Assembly (NCBI GenBank): GCA_000182565.2
Contig: KQ257459.1
Direction: 5' to 3' (one strand)
Source: Spizellomyces punctatus DAOM BR117
Lineage: Eukaryota
DNA: 64,000 bases
The position numbers and the translations under genes were made by a program. Below the pieces are notes generated by a model that was not told the origin of the DNA, searched no databases, and saw only the letters and a list, made by a program, of their open reading frames with translations. Below, in pieces: positions 59,878-64,000 of the stretch (position 1 is its first letter; the number at the start of each line of letters is the position of its first letter).

Positions 59878-62800
59878 ATGTCGGGAAGTGTGGACTCTGT
59901 ACCCGGGCGTACCGCGCAATTTCCTGGATCGGGCAGTAGCTCGAGGTACCGGCAATCCCTTAATCTGAATAAAGCTTTCAAATCGTCAACGCCAACGCAT
60001 AAAGGTGGTTCCGGTTAGTGTTCCTTCACTTCAAGTGTTTTTATTGAAGATGTCATTCAGAATCGCTGACACATTGTTTTTCATGTTCATCCCAGCTGCC
60101 AGAAATGGATTGCAAGTTCTCGGAAGTACTAGACCACGCCTACAATCATCACTCGTTGCTGCTCCCAAGCCTGTTGACTTACCTAGTTTGCGAAAGGAAA
60201 ATGCCGGGCTGGACCCTACAGTGAGTTTAGTGCCCAGTGGAGGGTCAGGATGGGCAGTAAGAAATAAGGAATCTGATGAAACGGTGGGAGCTGTTGAGCA
60301 TGACAATGCGGCATCAGGGTCAAGTGAAGAGACAGGATCAGCACAGGGGCCAATCAGAAAATCACCACGAAATTGGGCGATAACGGCGGCGAGCTCATCC
60401 CCGCTGCCTTCTTCCCCTGACTTTCCAACAGCGGCTGAAGCGTTGAAAAATCAAAAGCTGGAGAAGAAGGATGGCACTGGAGAGCTGAAGACGGGAAAAG
60501 AGGCACGGGCTACTTCTGCAGGCGGGGACAAGATGGGCGATAACGCGGAAAAGGCATTTGATATTACCAAGCAAGCCGAGGCACAACGGCCTGAGTCTGG
60601 TGGGTGTTCTCCTCAACCATGCCATTGCAATTTATGGGATCTCATTAGAATTGCATTTACGCCGTTTTCAGTCCCCCCAATCAAGAGCGCATGGCAAATC
60701 CCAGCGCCTCCCTCTCAAAGGTATGTTTGTAATAGTACTATTACGAAAGCAAAAATGGTCAGGTTAATTGAGATGAAGTGACTACAGCAATACCGACGGT
60801 CCGCCACACGAAAAGGACCATACTTGGGTCGATGATGATGATGACATGGATTTTTCAAAAGTACCAGTCTTTCAGGCAGGTGTGGATGGCGTGGAAGTTG
60901 TGGAGGAAGTGGACGTTCATCATCAAGATGATGTTGGCCTTGGGCTAAAAGGGGCTGACAGACGGGAACCTGTATCAAAAATTGTGGAACGACCCATTGA
61001 GCGACGGCACCCTGATGATCATTTGGGTAGTCGTGGCGACAGGCATCGCTCACATGATGTTGATCGAGGATGGCGAGGCCCACCGCAGCCGGGACCGTCA
61101 AGAGACCGCTACCCTGTTTTTCATGATCGTAGAAGGGGTTCAGTGTCCGCGAATGACGTGAATCACACAGAATGGGGGAACTGGAGATCAGAACGACACC
61201 AGAGCGTCGTGGAGCGGGATGAGCGAAATCGATTTTTGAATGCTCATCCACCGCAGCTTCTACAGCGCGCCACGCGGCCCGGTGACCGATCAGATCGCGA
61301 CCGATTAGACGATAAGCATGAAAACATACCGACTGGGCGACCAGAAGCTAGCAAACCCGAGGAGCCGAGGGATATGACTGTGAACACTGTGGATCATTTG
61401 ACAGAAATACCACAACCGGAGAGCAAGCGACAGACTCATCAGGAGGATGGCGAACACCCTCGGCGTACACCACCCGGGTGGCGACCGAAGGTGGCTGAAC
61501 CACGGCGGGACGACAGGCAGGACCATAATATTCGCGAGCATGAGCGGGAAGGTGTACCGAATGGGCGACCAGAAGCTGACAGATCCCAGGAGACGAGTGA
61601 AAAGATCGAGACCATTAAGGACCATTCAACAGAAGTGCCACCACCGGAACTCAAGCGCCATAGTCCGCCCGAGGATGTGAAGCACCTTCGGCGTGCAGCA
61701 CCCGGATGGCGACCAAAGGCGCCTGAATCACAGCAGGAGCTTCGTCCATCCATTCCTCGGCGGGACGAAAGGCACGACCGTGGTGTTTTTCGCGACAAGC
61801 GTGAGCGGGACCTGGATAAGATATCCTGGAGGAAAGACCCTGACAAGCCAGGTGACCGAGTTGTTGCTATACTTCAACCTGAGCGCAAACCACTGGGATC
61901 GTCGCCAAAAGAGGAAGCGATGGTGCATACGAAAAGTGCGGAAGTGCACGGGGACAAACACGACCATGCACCAGACATAATCAGCAAGGGCATTGCACCG
62001 CGCGAGGTCCTAACAAAGCGTGCAAGTGATGGGCCGCAAAGCCGCCGCGAGAGTCAGGACCGAGTGGCCACAGAGCTTTCTAACGGTAAAGCTGCCCGTC
62101 CATTGAGCCGGACATCACAGGCACGTTCCGACGCACGCAATCTTGACGCTTTCGACTCTGTTATGACGAGCATCAAGCAGATGATTGATACTTCTGGGCA
62201 CCTAATCGAGCAGGCAGACAGCGACACTACCCTCGCAGATGTAGGAATGATTGATTCACCACCAAAGGGAAACGGAGCAGCAGAGCCTCGTCGTCCTGAC
62301 TCAAAAGACACGGCCAAGAACGTCCACATCAAATCTGAACAATATTCCAATGATCGGGAAGGAAGCAGGAGCAAGAATTGGAAAAGCCAATTGCAGCATA
62401 CACTAGCTGAGAGGACATTCCGTGATGAAGGCAAGAGTGGGAAGTCCCAAGGGTCACATTCTGCAGAAGGCGGCTTTGAGAAAAAAGGTAAACGGCTCAC
62501 TAAGAGGAACAGTAAAGTTGGGAGAAGGGCGTCTGTTGAAACGACTGCGGCGACCGTGGAAAAGCCGTTAACAGTGATTGTGCGGAAACCAGGTGCGTAG
62601 TTTCACCGCGAGTAATTGACTGGACTACGCCCTAATGTTTCTCTCATTGCAGCATCGAGTGACGATATTGCAGCAAAACCATCAGCAACATCTGTTGTTG
62701 ATAAGGTTGCACCGTCAAAGCCCGACGAATCGGGGGAGTCGTCCGGCTCCCCGACTTTCTCCGTCGCCATTCCGCCCGAGATTGACTTGAGTAGGAAGGT

Positions 62801-64000
62801 CAACTTCTTTGCTATGCCGGATATCCTTTCTCCTGAACCGCCACCCCCATCAGCCAACGTCTTGTCTGCCGAAAATGACATGACGGCGTCTGATAACGTC
62901 ACTAACGGATTGAAGTCTCCGCTTGCGCCGAAAGAGGATGTGCTTCTTGATGCCTTCAAAAACGAATCTCCAAACCCGCAGCACGGAGAACGTCGCTTGA
63001 ATGTCCTCGAAAATAAGCATGCCATACCTCGCCATCCTGTGGAGGCGTGGGCGACCATGCTGCAGCCAACTACCACAGTAGATTTAACTCAACCTTGGGC
63101 GGCAGCGGTCCCAGCTACGTTTAGCCCTCGCACCACTTCCTACCGATCGACTGACTCAGGGTTGCTTTCTCAACCATCGCTCATGCTCCATCCGACCGCC
63201 CAGCCGTTGATTGTACCCCAATATCCAACGGCCCATCCCCAAATATGGCATAACAAGGACTCTTTCCATGGAGCTACGGTTTCATCTCAAATAGGCCCGA
63301 GTATGCAATTACTCGTTCCCCGACAGATGATGACGCAACAGTTCCCATATCCGTGGATGGTTGTACCAGGTGGGATGCAAGCACTTAAGCCGCAGCAAAC
63401 AGCATCGTCTTATCCCCAGGTCGCCGTGCGGCCGGCAGGGCCGCCAGTGCAGATGACGCCTCAGCAGTTCCAGGCGCTATGGAAGGATCAAGGAGTTTTG
63501 GCTGGTATGCAAATGCATCCACATACGGGATCCACAGTAAAAGCAAGTCAACAGCAAGCGTTACCCACTAAGCACGTGGGACGGTTCCCTGAAAGGCATC
63601 GGTCGTATCAAGGGGACGTGCCGCGGTCAAATGCAGGTGGAGGAAAGCCGGTTGGTTATGGGAGGCTGCAGCCCTCTTCGTCGCAAAATCTACCTACGAA
63701 TTCTGCGCCCATTCACCTACCTTTGGGTTCAGCTCTAGCCGCTACGGTAACACCTGTCCCAGCGGTAGATTCTAATCCAGCCCAAATTCCAAGTGGCGGT
63801 GCTGAAAGCAAGCATCCGTCACCAGTTCTTCCTGCACAGAATTCGGAGGTTGGCAGAGCACAGCGGGTACCACAGCCTCCTCCCGCCGTGCCTGCTCCAT
63901 CCTCAAATCCCACGCAACAACCTTATATCTCTCCACCAGCAGCAACGCAAGCGGGCAAAGCAGGTCAGGTTCCGCTCAAATCAGTAAAGCATGGAACGCC
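59878..64000 (+). CDS. BAT2/PRRC2-like proline-rich coiled-coil protein (runs off the window end)
   Basis: BAT2_N-like motifs YRQSLNLNKAFK, RNGLQVLG, PKPVDLPSLRKENAGLDPTVSLVPSGGSGW; then DFPTAAE, TWVDDDDDMDF and a long charged low-complexity region. Confidence 0.75.
61329..61790 (+). repeat. Diverged in-frame tandem duplication, period 228 nt (76 aa)
   Basis: CCGA(C/A)TGGGCGACCAGAAGCT at 61329 and 61557; both units contain P.GRPEA...DH.TE.P.PE.KR...ED..H.RR..PGWRPK. Confidence 0.8.

Overview
Gene-dense, intron-rich eukaryotic DNA (short GT-AG introns) from an early-diverging fungus, probably a chytrid. The taxon is an inference from gene content: fungal SSK1/HUL4/IVY1-like genes next to animal-like CTC1 and BAT2/PRRC2. 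There are about 18 host genes: a PX-PB1 protein, a TM-SH3 protein, PCH2, a rhodanese, NUP42/AMO1, a Gfo/Idh/MocA oxidoreductase, a Ras-family GTPase, SSK1, HUL4, RPS10, RPL15, RGP1, CTC1, SPO22/ZIP4, RPL13, TOA2, an IVY1-like protein, PUT1 and a PRRC2-like gene. They flank a roughly 12 kb gene-free, CpG-depleted island (about 21.3-33.7 kb) of nested Ty1/Copia and Ty3/Gypsy LTR retrotransposons. The most striking signal is the Gypsy chromovirus. Its pol ORF is open and keeps its catalytic motifs, yet by eye the element has essentially no CpG dinucleotides, which suggests a lineage that purged methylation targets while still replicating. The neighbouring Copia copies instead show ordinary, damaging CpG decay. 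Other notable items are a 4-nt micro-exon that builds the phosphoacceptor Asp codon of SSK1, a membrane-anchored pseudo-histidine-kinase architecture for SSK1, a proline dehydrogenase with paired EF-hands, and a small TA-flanked inverted-repeat element family. Exon boundaries and all counts were read by eye and need computational confirmation.
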